A DNA stretch of 64,000 nucleotides from an uncultured virus (IMG/VR IMGVR_UViG_3300005747_000147) (IMGVR_UViG_3300005747_000147), one strand, 5' to 3'; numbered from the stretch's first letter, positions 46,488 to 56,460 are shown. A program made the numbers and translations. Notes: a model not told the origin generated them from the sequence alone.

Positions 46488-48077
46488 TCACCCCTGTAAT
46501 ACCCAATGGGTAGTTGTAGTGCAATTGGTTAATGTTCTTGGCATAAGAGTTGCTTCTACCGTAACTGCACCCTTATCTTCGGGAACAGTCCATGTATTAG
46601 CACTTGTAAAGTAATCATCAAAAGCAAGTGTAAATGATTCTCCACTATCCTTAGTAAAGACTAAATCAATAGATTGGGAAGTATCATTATTTTCATCTTG
46701 GCTTAATAATTCAGTAAATAGTGTATCATCTGTAACTAAAGCAGTAATAGCAATCTCATAGGTTCGCTGTGCAGGAATACCGTCTTTGATACTTTTATTA
46801 CCAACACCTAAGAATCGCTTATCCTGTAAATTGTTGTTAATAGTTAAAGTAAAGTTTGTAATCTTTAAAAACTGTTGTCCATAAACACTCATTGTTCCAT
46901 CCGAGAAAAAGAATGGTTCTAAATGAGTTGGTTCAGCAGTAAAATTAAATAGGCTAGAATTAGCACTTTGTCCACCTCTTGATTCATAGCCGGTGCTTGG
47001 ACTCGCTAATGCTTGAGGAATTGGGGTAACTGCTCTAGTATTCAAATCTAAAGTCATTTTAATTTCTTCATTTTCATTAGCCGTCATTGTTAATGTATTA
47101 ACTCTATTTCCTCTTGCTACACGAACAAAGTTAATATCTTCGGAAGCAGCATCATTATCAGATAAAAAGTTATTTGTTACATCTTTTGTTAATGAATATT
47201 CTAAAGCAAAAGATGGCAAATGTGCGCCATTTGTTTCTTCAAACTTATATGTAATATATTGTCCAGTTGCAGCAACCGGATAAGAAGCAGAATCGAAGTT
47301 TGTTTCCGGTGCAGATTCAACAAGTGGGTTGATAGGAGGAACAATATGAACAGAAGGTGTGCTACCATCACCAACAGGATTTACTCTATGAATGAATGGG
47401 CCTTCATCAATATGGGAAGTATTGCTTGTTCCGTGAAAATATAATTTATGTGCGGCTGTTCCGGTGTGGTAATTAGTTGGGTGTTCAGAATCCGAAGTGC
47501 CTCCACCAAAACTCAATTGAGTACATTTACCTAAAGCGTAATAAAGCCAAGTTACCTGATTACATACTAATGCAAGGTTTCCTCCCGAAGCAGTTTCAAT
47601 GCCCTTATATTGATGAGTAAAGTTTCTTGTTCCTCCAAGAGAAAGATTTAATTGTTTCATTTCAACTTCAATGTTTGGGAAAGAAGCAGTTTCGACTAAA
47701 CCTAACCAATTATCAGCATGTAGTCTTGTTTTTCCTGTTCCGTCGTCATCGGAATCGGGTGCAGGACAAGGTGCGCCATATGCTCGCAATACGAAAGAAT
47801 CATCTGCAATAACCACAGCACTACCAGTAGCAGGTGTAATAGTGAAAGTATCATGGTCGTTTGTAGTAATAATGTGAGAAGAAGTATATACTCCGTTATC
47901 ATACCAATCTAAAGAACAACCAACATACATATCAGGCACTAATTGAAATTGTGCTAATGTTGATTGTAAAAATTGAATTGCTGTCGTGCTTGTAGTGGCG
48001 GGTTGAAAATAAAAGTCCACTTCTGGAACTAAAGTCATTGATGCGCCGCTTCCTAAAAATATACTGTTATCTACCAT
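46488..48077 (-). CDS. major tail tube protein
   Basis: LPSFALE, RVNTLTM, PFFFSDG, ITNFTLTINNNL, RTYEI; lies before the chaperones; no sheath gene, so siphovirus-type. Confidence 0.8.
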   Translation of the reverse strand: MVDNSIFLGSGASMTLVPEVDFYFQPATTSTTAIQFLQSTLAQFQLVPDMYVGCSLDWYDNGVYTSSHIITTNDHDTFTITPATGSAVVIADDSFVLRAYGAPCPAPDSDDDGTGKTRLHADNWLGLVETASFPNIEVEMKQLNLSLGGTRNFTHQYKGIETASGGNLALVCNQVTWLYYALGKCTQLSFGGGTSDSEHPTNYHTGTAAHKLYFHGTSNTSHIDEGPFIHRVNPVGDGSTPSVHIVPPINPLVESAPETNFDSASYPVAATGQYITYKFEETNGAHLPSFALEYSLTKDVTNNFLSDNDAASEDINFVRVARGNRVNTLTMTANENEEIKMTLDLNTRAVTPIPQALASPSTGYESRGGQSANSSLFNFTAEPTHLEPFFFSDGTMSVYGQQFLKITNFTLTINNNLQDKRFLGVGNKSIKDGIPAQRTYEIAITALVTDDTLFTELLSQDENNDTSQSIDLVFTKDSGESFTLAFDDYFTSANTWTVPEDKGAVTVEATLMPRTLTNCTTTTHWVLQG

Positions 48078-48106
48078 GTTATCCTCTCCTTTCCTTTACA
48101 AACTTA

Positions 48107-48616
48107 CTAAGGGAGTGTTAATGCGAATCTTTTTGCTTCTATTGTTAATTTATAGCCGAATAAACGCTTACTACGGTCATTACTTTCACTTCTTGAACCT
48201 ACGAATAATTGGTTAAACTTTGACCCATCACTCGCTGTATATCCGGTTCGGCTACGCTCAAGTGCATGACGGGCGACCAAGTATAAAGCCCTTAGCCTAT
48301 CTCTCCCGAAATTGGCATCTGTTCCTGCTCTTTCATCGTGAATTGTCCGTATGTGCATAGTAAATGAGTATGTTTCATTTCTAACATCAAAATTAATAGT
48401 AGGATATTCAAGGTTTTGAGAGTCTTCAAAAAAGATAATGACATCTTTTGCAGTTAAATCGTAACGAACACCTTTATTCTTTTGTAAGGTTCTTACATCA
48501 ACAAAGTTAGGAATAGCCACATGGTCGGCTGTAATCGTTCCTGCTTGCTGTAAAGTAGTAGCGGAAGAAGCCCAATTACTACTTACTAAATCTATAAGAA
48601 GGCTGACTTCATCCAT
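48107..48616 (-). CDS. tail terminator/completion protein
   Basis: Position directly upstream of the tail tube; size and alpha/beta pattern fit. Confidence 0.6.
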   Translation of the reverse strand: MDEVSLLIDLVSSNWASSATTLQQAGTITADHVAIPNFVDVRTLQKNKGVRYDLTAKDVIIFFEDSQNLEYPTINFDVRNETYSFTMHIRTIHDERAGTDANFGRDRLRALYLVARHALERSRTGYTASDGSKFNQLFVGSRSESNDRSKRLFGYKLTIEAKRFALTLP

Positions 48617-48816
48617 TCATCCACCTCGTTTTTAAGTGTTTTATTATATGCTTTAATGAAATTTTCTTCTGCATATTGCATTACTTCTTCATCACTTAAA
48701 GATATATCAATGCCTAAAATTTCAGATAGTTCTTGAGTTGCTTTTTGTCTTTCTTGTTGGATTTTTAAATACTTTTTAAACTCGCTTATTTGAAGTAAGG
48801 CTAAGGTATTGTCCAT
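48592..48816 (-). CDS. hypothetical protein
   Basis: 74 aa helical ORF. Confidence 0.55.
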   Translation of the reverse strand: MDNTLALLQISEFKKYLKIQQERQKATQELSEILGIDISLSDEEVMQYAEENFIKAYNKTLKNEVDEWMKSAFL

Positions 48817-48820
48817 ATTA

Positions 48821-49429
48821 TCATCCTTGAGTAACTGGTTTATTTGGATTTTTTCGGGCTTCCTCTAATTGATATTCTCTTTTTTGTTCCGGTGTCATCA
48901 TTCTCATCATTTCTTGTCTTGTTCTATCAACTATTGCTTGATTTTTGCCCTGTCGTTTAATGTTTTTTGCTTCTTTTCTTCTTTGAAGTGTAGCCTTAAC
49001 TCTATCACTAAGTTTTTTCTTTTGTTGGGCATTTGCCGGTTGTTGTGGTTTTTTGTAACCTTGTAGTGTTCGTCGTTGTGGTGGTGGTGGTGTTTGTTGT
49101 TGTTGTTGAATATTAGCAGGTAATGGAGTTGATTGAGTAGTAGCAACATTATTTACACCTGCTGGTAATTTTGGAGGCTGTTGAGAAGGTAATTTCTTTT
49201 TAGGTGGTGGCGGTGGTGGTGGTGATTGTTCTGGTAGTGGTACTTGATTTGGTTTTTGTTTGGCAGCAGCAATAGCAGCATTTAATTTATCTTCAGTTAA
49301 TTGTCCTGTTATCTTCATGTGTGCATTTGGGTCAGCAGTTACTTTGTAAAGTTCCCTAATCAAACCTTCCATGTTTTTTACTCTTGTTTGTTTTATTAAA
49401 TCAAACCAATCCATTTCATTCACCTTCAA
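48821..49429 (-). CDS. Pro/Gln/Lys-rich low-complexity protein
   Basis: Poly-Pro and poly-Gln tracts; N-terminal MDWFDLIK. Confidence 0.65.
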   Translation of the reverse strand: MKVNEMDWFDLIKQTRVKNMEGLIRELYKVTADPNAHMKITGQLTEDKLNAAIAAAKQKPNQVPLPEQSPPPPPPPKKKLPSQQPPKLPAGVNNVATTQSTPLPANIQQQQQTPPPPQRRTLQGYKKPQQPANAQQKKKLSDRVKATLQRRKEAKNIKRQGKNQAIVDRTRQEMMRMMTPEQKREYQLEEARKNPNKPVTQG

Positions 49430-50544
49430 TCAATTAAGAAAACCAAGTCGGCCTTGCCCTTGAGTATATCATCTGCTTCCTTCTTGAGTATATCATACTT
49501 TTCCTTCGTTGAAATATTACTACCCGTTTCAGCGATTAGAATTGTTTGGTCGTCATGTCTAAGCAATTCTGCCGCTACTAACATTGTTGCGGCTTTGTGT
49601 ATTGCAGACGGAACACGATTACTACCTGCAATATAAGTACAAATGATTGAATTTTGTGTATGGTAAGGATAGTCTCTTAAAAAGAAAATACGCCCTTCAT
49701 CCCCTATTGCCCAAAAAGAACCAAGTCTCTTCATATCCTGCATATCTGTGAACGCAACCGACTGGGTGCTTGAGGTTTCACCCGCCTTATCAGCAAGTGT
49801 GATAGTACAATATGAGCCATCCTCGCCCGCTAAAAGGCTAGAAATGTTCACTTTGTTGCCATTATCGGGGTCTGTGCTAGCATAAAAGAAATCACTTATG
49901 TTTAACCCATTAGGTGAAGAAGTCAATACTTTGTCCCTTGTTGCACCTGTAAACTGTGCGGTCTTTGATGGGTATTCTTCATTGATTAAATGACATATTT
50001 CTTGAGCCGTTGTTTTAGAACCAAACCCATTATGGAAAGTATTGTGTGCTGATAATGAACCTTCAGCATGGTGATACAATACCCAAGAATCTCCACTATT
50101 AGGTAATTGTAATGTAATACTTCTTAAGTCTTTATATCCTGTTGTATCTAAAGTTAAACTGGCTTGAGCAGAAGCAAGTTCTTGATAACTATTTCCTTGC
50201 CAAACTTGTAATGAAATTACCTTCTTTAATTTTAAAGTATCTAATTGAACAAAACCTACATATCCACCATAGTATGATTGCATAGGGTGTCTAATAAATT
50301 CAAAGTTATGAAATTCATTTCTGTAAATAATTGGCCGATAAGAACGCTTTACCTTGTCATCAATAATACCTTCAATGTTCTTTATGATTGCGCCAATTTG
50401 CGCTTGAGTTGGATAAGTAGAAGTTGAAAATGCAGGTATTTGTAACATGTTTGAAACTGCATCTTTATCAGTATAATATCCACTACCTGTTGAATAATCA
50501 ACATTGATTGCTGTATAGTCGCTTGGGGAGGATGCAATTGCCAT
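49426..50544 (-). CDS. head-tail adaptor/connector
   Basis: YYTDKDAV...IEGIID...TYIAG...VPSAIHKAATMLVA matches the gp6/gp15-like adaptor pattern, with a large insertion. Confidence 0.7.
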   Translation of the reverse strand: MAIASSPSDYTAINVDYSTGSGYYTDKDAVSNMLQIPAFSTSTYPTQAQIGAIIKNIEGIIDDKVKRSYRPIIYRNEFHNFEFIRHPMQSYYGGYVGFVQLDTLKLKKVISLQVWQGNSYQELASAQASLTLDTTGYKDLRSITLQLPNSGDSWVLYHHAEGSLSAHNTFHNGFGSKTTAQEICHLINEEYPSKTAQFTGATRDKVLTSSPNGLNISDFFYASTDPDNGNKVNISSLLAGEDGSYCTITLADKAGETSSTQSVAFTDMQDMKRLGSFWAIGDEGRIFFLRDYPYHTQNSIICTYIAGSNRVPSAIHKAATMLVAAELLRHDDQTILIAETGSNISTKEKYDILKKEADDILKGKADLVFLID

Positions 50545-50555
50545 TTTTAATCACC

Positions 50556-52493
50556 TTATGCTAATGAGTTCTCTAAAGTCTTAAATGCTCTTTTAGTTGA
50601 GTCTATAAATGATTTTACGGATTTAATATCCCCGCTATTGTATTTTTGCCCATAAACAGACCTTTGTTTATCTTTAGTGTCAAGCCCAATATTTGCGGCT
50701 TTTGTTTCTATTCTATGAGTAGCATTGACTAAGGAAGGAGATTGAAAAGTGTAAGTAGTGGTCGCCTTTTTTTTCTGCTTATCCATTATTTCGTTTCCCT
50801 TTTTGTCTTTCTTTCCAGTTTTATATTCCACATATTTAGTTATAATTTTCTCTATTTTTATTTCTATTTCGTATAAAGCCCCATAGTCTCTAAGGGCTTC
50901 TGAAAAAGTAGATTTTATATACGGTTTCAACTTCCTTTTAAATGCTTCTTTTGCATCTTTATTGCTAAAAGCAGTCGAAGTAACAGTAACATTAGTTTTT
51001 TCTTTTAAATCTTCTAGTTTTGATTGTACATATTCATCCATTGGGTCAGTAACACTTTCTTTTCGCCATTGTTTAAGTTTTTCTATTTCTGACTTCATCC
51101 ATGATTTGAGATTTTTTACCTCACCAATATATGTTTTATAAAAGGCTTTACCTTCTTTCCTAGAATCGCTTAACGCTTTAATTCTTTTTACTACTTTTAA
51201 CATTTCGGTATTAGCAACCATATTAAGAAGAGTTACTTTTTTTCCATCTACTATCCCTAAATCATTAATACGATTAAAGTTAGGAAGAATGTATTCTCCC
51301 CTAGAGACTATTTTTTTTCTTGTGCCTTTTGGTTTTTCAATTGTCTTTTTTTCACCAGTTTTAGTTTTATAAGTAACTTTATTTTCTCTCCATTTTGGAT
51401 TTTGAGGTTTTCCGAATGGAGAGAAAAATTGATTTATTATTTTTTGTTCTTCTTTATTGTATTGAGTTTCAAATTTATCTGCTGTTTGTATTTCTCCAAC
51501 CGTTAATTCGGTATCTATCACTTTTAGTTTATTAGAATACAGCATAATATATGAAGATATTGTATCATTTAATTTGGAATTGGTTAATCCTGTCATTTTT
51601 GTAGCATCTAGAGATAATCCACCACTAAACTTAGCACTTAATACTTCTTTATTTGGGGTTTTGTTTAAAAATTGAGTTTCAAATATATTGGAGGTTTGAT
51701 TTCCAGAATTATAATTTTCAGCAGTTAAAGAACCCCCCGATATTTCCTGCCCTCTATAACTATCTTGTTTTTTGTCTTTGATAGAAGTAGTTTCAATTCC
51801 ACCTCTTCCTTTTCTTTTGACAGAACGAGATTCCATCAAAGAAATAGGGGCATATCCTAATTCTTTAAGGTAAGCAATCTTGCTATTAGGCATAGGGTTT
51901 TCAGGATTATTAAAATCTAGTTCTTTAAATCGTATAGAGCGTAACTCAACAATAGTTACTTTTCCTTTTTTCCCTTGTATTTTGTCTGGGCCTAAAACAT
52001 TTACTTCGGTACTACTACCCTTTTTTTTACCGATATATTTACTGTATTCTTGGAATTTTTTATCGGGCATCCCTTTTCTTTTTTCATCTTTTGCTTCTTT
52101 AGAAGTATCAGGATTGTTTAAGGTAAGAGAAAGATTACTATTTAAATCTTTAACAGTGAAGTTACCCTTAGTGTTTTTTAGTCGCTCTAATGCTTTTTTC
52201 CCAGAACTACTCAATTCTATATTATGGGTAGCAATTATTTCTTCAAGGGGAGTGGTTTCTATTGAAGTTATTGCTGAATTATATATTTTAATGTATTGGT
52301 TTTTGTTTTTACCTTCCCAATTTAATATATTAACTTGTTCCATTTCATCTAAAGATAACAATTGTGCTATCTTCCTATGTGATTTATCTTTATTTACTAA
52401 ATACCCACGAAGTAAAAACAGAACCATTTCTTTTTCAATAGTATTTTTATCTAAAGAAATTTCTTGGCCCGTTCTTGAGTATTTGATTTGCAA
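50556..52493 (-). CDS. Lys-rich hypothetical protein (645 aa)
   Basis: Long ORF with a TTG start and no recognisable motif. Confidence 0.7.
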   Translation of the reverse strand: MQIKYSRTGQEISLDKNTIEKEMVLFLLRGYLVNKDKSHRKIAQLLSLDEMEQVNILNWEGKNKNQYIKIYNSAITSIETTPLEEIIATHNIELSSSGKKALERLKNTKGNFTVKDLNSNLSLTLNNPDTSKEAKDEKRKGMPDKKFQEYSKYIGKKKGSSTEVNVLGPDKIQGKKGKVTIVELRSIRFKELDFNNPENPMPNSKIAYLKELGYAPISLMESRSVKRKGRGGIETTSIKDKKQDSYRGQEISGGSLTAENYNSGNQTSNIFETQFLNKTPNKEVLSAKFSGGLSLDATKMTGLTNSKLNDTISSYIMLYSNKLKVIDTELTVGEIQTADKFETQYNKEEQKIINQFFSPFGKPQNPKWRENKVTYKTKTGEKKTIEKPKGTRKKIVSRGEYILPNFNRINDLGIVDGKKVTLLNMVANTEMLKVVKRIKALSDSRKEGKAFYKTYIGEVKNLKSWMKSEIEKLKQWRKESVTDPMDEYVQSKLEDLKEKTNVTVTSTAFSNKDAKEAFKRKLKPYIKSTFSEALRDYGALYEIEIKIEKIITKYVEYKTGKKDKKGNEIMDKQKKKATTTYTFQSPSLVNATHRIETKAANIGLDTKDKQRSVYGQKYNSGDIKSVKSFIDSTKRAFKTLENSLA

Positions 52494-52504
52494 GGCTAAT
52501 CAAC

Positions 52505-53170
52505 TCACATTAACCATTTAGCCCAAGCCGCACCTTTTTGAATGGCTGAACCTAAATGTAATCCGCTTGAAGGTGGCTCATAACTCATTTGATTTTGAGC
52601 ATCAATCCAATATGGCCTTCCATATCCGTCTGTTCCCGATGGGGGAATAGGATAACCCGAACCATTATTTACAGCCCCTTGCATTTGTTGGTATTGTTGT
52701 GTTTGTCCGGTTAATCCGGCCATAGCCATACCTGCTGTTGGCCCTGCGGGGTTCATTCCTCCCATGTTTCCACCTCCGCCAAATCCTTGAGATTCGAGAT
52801 ATTGTTGCTTCGCAAGTTTGCGTTGATTTACTACTTCTGAGTTAATGGCTGATTGAAGAATCCTTTGAATATCTAAATCAATGTTCTCTTGAGTGATTCT
52901 TTCGTACTCCCTCATAGCATCTGCATCAATGGTTATTTTTGAACCAGTAGTGCTAAAAGATAATTTTGCTAGCATTTGGCTAACTACTCTCTCTACTACA
53001 TCTTCCATTAATTTCTCAAATGTAGTTAAAAATTGCTCGCCGTGATATTGAAAAAATTCTTCAACATGATTATCCTGTAAAGATAATAAGTTATTCACAT
53101 TTTTAAACTGTTGGTCGTTTTGTGCCTGTACTGCACCCATAACTGCTTTATTGCTTGTTCCAAATACCAT
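52505..53170 (-). CDS. helical protein with Gly/Gln linker and C-terminal amphipathic helix
   Basis: Ends LGSAIQKGAAWAKWLM. Confidence 0.7.
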   Translation of the reverse strand: MVFGTSNKAVMGAVQAQNDQQFKNVNNLLSLQDNHVEEFFQYHGEQFLTTFEKLMEDVVERVVSQMLAKLSFSTTGSKITIDADAMREYERITQENIDLDIQRILQSAINSEVVNQRKLAKQQYLESQGFGGGGNMGGMNPAGPTAGMAMAGLTGQTQQYQQMQGAVNNGSGYPIPPSGTDGYGRPYWIDAQNQMSYEPPSSGLHLGSAIQKGAAWAKWLM

Positions 53171-53172
53171 GA

Positions 53173-53802
53173 TTATTCCTCTCCTTTACTATTAGTTACC
53201 ATTGATTGTAGTCTCTTGGTATTAGTCTCTATCTCGGCTATTAGGCGAATTACTTCCGCCATCTCGCTCTCATTATCCTTGACAACGGGGGGCGTTATAA
53301 TCCATCCGGTTGATGTCAGCGACAAAACATCTTCTCTCGATAATGTTTGTAATGGGCCACTCTTTAGCATTTGTGGCACTTTAGGTCTAGGAATGAATGC
53401 TTTGAAATCTAATCCATGTTCGTCTGCTAATATCTGTTGTTGTAACATCTCCATTTGTTTATGAAGACTAGCATGTTTAGGACAATAAGTTCCTCTCATC
53501 GGTCTTCCTTTAGTAACATTATCTAATGGAATAGGTGGGCGCAAATAGTCTCCTGCTTCCCAAATATGGTGCATTCCACAAACGACGCATCTATCCTTTA
53601 GGTTAAACTTATATCCATACTTTACAATAAATTTTTTCTTCTCAGGTAGTAATACTTTTTTAATCTCTTTTAATTGCTTCTTAGGTTTTAATGCAGTAAA
53701 AGAGTATTCTGCGATAGAACCTGCGGCCCTAAACTGTTGTAGTTTAGGTAAAAATATATTCTTTGCTTGTGGGCTATTTATTAAATTCGGTTGTTGATAC
53801 AT
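53173..53802 (-). CDS. Zn-finger protein with C-terminal coiled coil
   Basis: CVVC...CPKH. Confidence 0.65.
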   Translation of the reverse strand: MYQQPNLINSPQAKNIFLPKLQQFRAAGSIAEYSFTALKPKKQLKEIKKVLLPEKKKFIVKYGYKFNLKDRCVVCGMHHIWEAGDYLRPPIPLDNVTKGRPMRGTYCPKHASLHKQMEMLQQQILADEHGLDFKAFIPRPKVPQMLKSGPLQTLSREDVLSLTSTGWIITPPVVKDNESEMAEVIRLIAEIETNTKRLQSMVTNSKGEE

Positions 53803-53811
53803 AGTTATTCC

Positions 53812-54480
53812 TCAGTAATCTTTTATTAGAGTTGTAATTCCTTTGTAAACCATTTCGGGGTCTGACTTTGCCGAAACAATATATTTGAATGTGGGTATTC
53901 CTTTATCATTTAATTGTCTCATTCCATACTTAAATGGTTCGTAAATATCATGCTTATCAATTGATTGTCCTTCTCTTAGTGGGTATTTTTCTCCCCATAT
54001 ATCATATTTATTTGCCCAAATACTTACTGCCATAGGATAATCTACTTCTTTTTTTCTTTTACCATTAGGCCAAACATTAGATGTAATTGTATCTACTAAA
54101 AATTTCCATGCTAATTGGTGGTCTAAGTTGGATGGTGAGTCTAAATGCCTGTGGTCTATCATAAAAATAACATATTTTACTTTACGAGTTCTCATATCTT
54201 TAACCCATTCTTTCCAATACATCGCTTCTCCGCCAATGTCTGCACTTTTTAATGTGTGAGAATCTCCATCAAACTTAACTACTTTTCTACTCGCTCTTTC
54301 CAAACCAACTGTTCTTTTATTAATTTGTTGGACTTCTCCTCTTGTTCTTAATTGGTAACTTAATGTTGTTTTACCAACCATAGTAGCCCCATAAACTCCA
54401 AAATTAATAGCATGTACTCTTTTATAAAAGGCTACTACTGCTTCTGTAATCAAGATGGCAAATCCTGCCATTACTGACAT
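53812..54480 (-). CDS. Arf/Sar1-like small GTPase
   Basis: G1 GATMVGKTT, G2 RTVG, G3 DIGG, VIFMID, G4 WANKYD, G5 SAK; hydrophobic N-terminal helix. Confidence 0.85.
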   Translation of the reverse strand: MSVMAGFAILITEAVVAFYKRVHAINFGVYGATMVGKTTLSYQLRTRGEVQQINKRTVGLERASRKVVKFDGDSHTLKSADIGGEAMYWKEWVKDMRTRKVKYVIFMIDHRHLDSPSNLDHQLAWKFLVDTITSNVWPNGKRKKEVDYPMAVSIWANKYDIWGEKYPLREGQSIDKHDIYEPFKYGMRQLNDKGIPTFKYIVSAKSDPEMVYKGITTLIKDY

Positions 54481-54702
54481 TTAATGACCTCCAAATATAG
54501 ACTTAAAAAAGGAAATCAAAGAACCCATAATATTGACATCGAAGACACCCATTATGTTTCCTATAAGTAATGCTGATAATGTGGCACAACTGCCCCAAAA
54601 CCATGCTCTCATTCTCATAAAAAAAATATCAGCAGAATGCGCCCTTGATTGATTGTATGCGTAATCCGAGTCGGAGAATCCCATTATGTCTCCAAGAACC
54701 AA
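54481..54702 (-). CDS. small membrane protein
   Basis: Hydrophobic segment AWFWGSCATLSALLIGNIMG plus an amphipathic tail. Confidence 0.65.
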   Translation of the reverse strand: MVLGDIMGFSDSDYAYNQSRAHSADIFFMRMRAWFWGSCATLSALLIGNIMGVFDVNIMGSLISFFKSIFGGH

Positions 54703-54712
54703 TTAAATCACC

Positions 54713-55126
54713 TCATTGTTGAATAGTAGCCAAAAACTCGTTTGGTATTTGACTCTCTTCAAATGAAGCGGTTGAATTTTCGGGATAAACATTGTTCCAT
54801 GAATCCCGCTTATTTACTCCGTATTGTTTCATGCTTTCACGAAGTTTTTGTTTAATTTGTTGTTCTCTAGCAACCCTTTGAAAATGTGCTTCAATTTGCC
54901 TATCTAGTAATTTAATTTCAATTCTATCGTTAAGAGATAAGTCGAATAGTGCTTTCATAACCATAATGCCACCAACTGTAATCAGCCCAAATAAGACCGA
55001 GTGTGCTAATGGGCCATAAGGAAAATTAAGACCATATGCTGAATAGAAATAAACATTTGCCCCACTGACTGTTCCGACAAATAAAATTGTCATAACTAAT
55101 CGAGTATCGTTATTTAATGCCGCCAT
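54713..55126 (-). CDS. membrane protein (2 TM plus coiled coil)
   Basis: Two N-terminal hydrophobic helices followed by a charged coiled coil; GAGGTGA SD. Confidence 0.7.
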   Translation of the reverse strand: MAALNNDTRLVMTILFVGTVSGANVYFYSAYGLNFPYGPLAHSVLFGLITVGGIMVMKALFDLSLNDRIEIKLLDRQIEAHFQRVAREQQIKQKLRESMKQYGVNKRDSWNNVYPENSTASFEESQIPNEFLATIQQ

Positions 55127-55135
55127 TAAATCACC

Positions 55136-55414
55136 TCAAGCAAACTCAATAGACACGGCTACTGCACCACTGACTTCTTCAAAGTATAAGCCATTAGTGC
55201 ATAATACACCATGCATGTCAAATTCAACCGTTTGATTAGCAGATAAAGTCATTCTTGCGATTTCTTTACCACTAGCGGCTGTATTGTCATATACTTTAAT
55301 TACTGCCGCTGAACCACCGACTTCTGTTGCATGAATGCTAATTAGTTTAACTTGGCCTGTTACAACCAATTTATTTTCTGTTAAAACACCGCTACTTCTA
55401 CAACCTGCCGCCAT
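55136..55414 (-). CDS. small beta-rich virion protein
   Basis: 92 aa; IKVYDNTAASG...GVLCTNGLY. Confidence 0.6.
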   Translation of the reverse strand: MAAGCRSSGVLTENKLVVTGQVKLISIHATEVGGSAAVIKVYDNTAASGKEIARMTLSANQTVEFDMHGVLCTNGLYFEEVSGAVAVSIEFA

Positions 55415-55471
55415 AATACCACTTCGCTAATTGGAGGAAGTCGCCCCCTCCTATTTAATGTGTCGGTCTAT

Positions 55472-55819
55472 TCACTTCTTTGAAGAAGACTTAGGCTTGG
55501 TTTCAGCCTTTGTTTTCTTAAGAGAAGTCTTTGGTAGAATTGTTCTCTTAGGAGCAGGAAGTAATTCTTCAAGCAATTGCTTACTTGATGAAATTTCTTT
55601 ACCCATTTCCGTAGAAAATACCTGTAAAAACCTTTCGTTTAATTCTAACAATTCGTCTTTATCTTCTTCACCAAAAACAAAGAAATAATTTGGGTCAGAA
55701 AGACGGATAGCCGCCCATTTTACCGGAACGGCTACCCCTTCTTCCCTCGTAATTTCTTGTTTTGGGTTGATGTAAAGCCGACGAATTGATGAATTATCAC
55801 TCAATCGAACTGTTACCAT
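55472..55819 (-). CDS. hypothetical protein with a basic tail
   Basis: 115 aa; GAGGTGA SD. Confidence 0.65.
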   Translation of the reverse strand: MVTVRLSDNSSIRRLYINPKQEITREEGVAVPVKWAAIRLSDPNYFFVFGEEDKDELLELNERFLQVFSTEMGKEISSSKQLLEELLPAPKRTILPKTSLKKTKAETKPKSSSKK

Positions 55820-55829
55820 TCAATTCACC

Positions 55830-56171
55830 TCAAAGGTTTCCGTATGCTCGGATTCTAATTGTAGTATCGGTAATATCTCCCGAAGCCTGTGCATTAGTGC
55901 CATCCATAGCAACCATGAATAAGTGAAATCCACCTTCATAAGCCCCTGCCGCTGTGCATTCGGCTACTGCTGAAAAAGTTGCAGGTAAAGAATTACCCGT
56001 AACAGATACAGAAGTAATGCTAGATAACCCTAAAGAACTTGCTGAAATTACTTCTCCACCGGCTGTATAAGCAGTTACGATAATAGAAGCATCAACGACA
56101 TATTCATCGCCAACTACCTTTGGTCTAGCAATTCCTTTATGGTCGCCTAATAATGTCAATGTATGTGCCAA
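55830..56171 (-). CDS. putative capsid decoration/minor virion protein
   Basis: YTAGGEVISASSLGLSSI; downstream of the MCP. Confidence 0.55.
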   Translation of the reverse strand: MAHTLTLLGDHKGIARPKVVGDEYVVDASIIVTAYTAGGEVISASSLGLSSITSVSVTGNSLPATFSAVAECTAAGAYEGGFHLFMVAMDGTNAQASGDITDTTIRIRAYGNL

Positions 56172-56181
56172 TTAAATCACC

Positions 56182-56448
56182 TTACTGCCCAATTGCGAGC
56201 CAATATAATACATCGCCCGATGTCGGGATTACATTTACAGAACCACTTGCGCTTAATGGTAATGTGCTTTTAATTACCGCTGCTGCCGCTTCTACTGCAC
56301 TACCCGAATGAGTCAATAACATAGCATCAACCGAAGAAAGTCCGGTTACTATGTCGTCATCTGCCGAGTCTGTCGTTGTCTTTCCAAAAACCATTTTACG
56401 GTTTCCTTCAATCGCCATTTCAAATAATGTTGTTGTTGTCCATGCCAT
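56182..56448 (-). CDS. putative minor virion protein
   Basis: 88 aa, beta-rich, ends YWLAIGQ; directly downstream of the MCP. Confidence 0.55.
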   Translation of the reverse strand: MAWTTTTLFEMAIEGNRKMVFGKTTTDSADDDIVTGLSSVDAMLLTHSGSAVEAAAAVIKSTLPLSASGSVNVIPTSGDVLYWLAIGQ

Positions 56449-56460
56449 TCTTAATCACCT

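Noticed and set aside
49061..49230. Trinucleotide repeats (GGT)n and (GTT)n as a repeat element
   Set aside because: They simply encode the poly-Pro and poly-Gln tracts of ORF 48821-49429.
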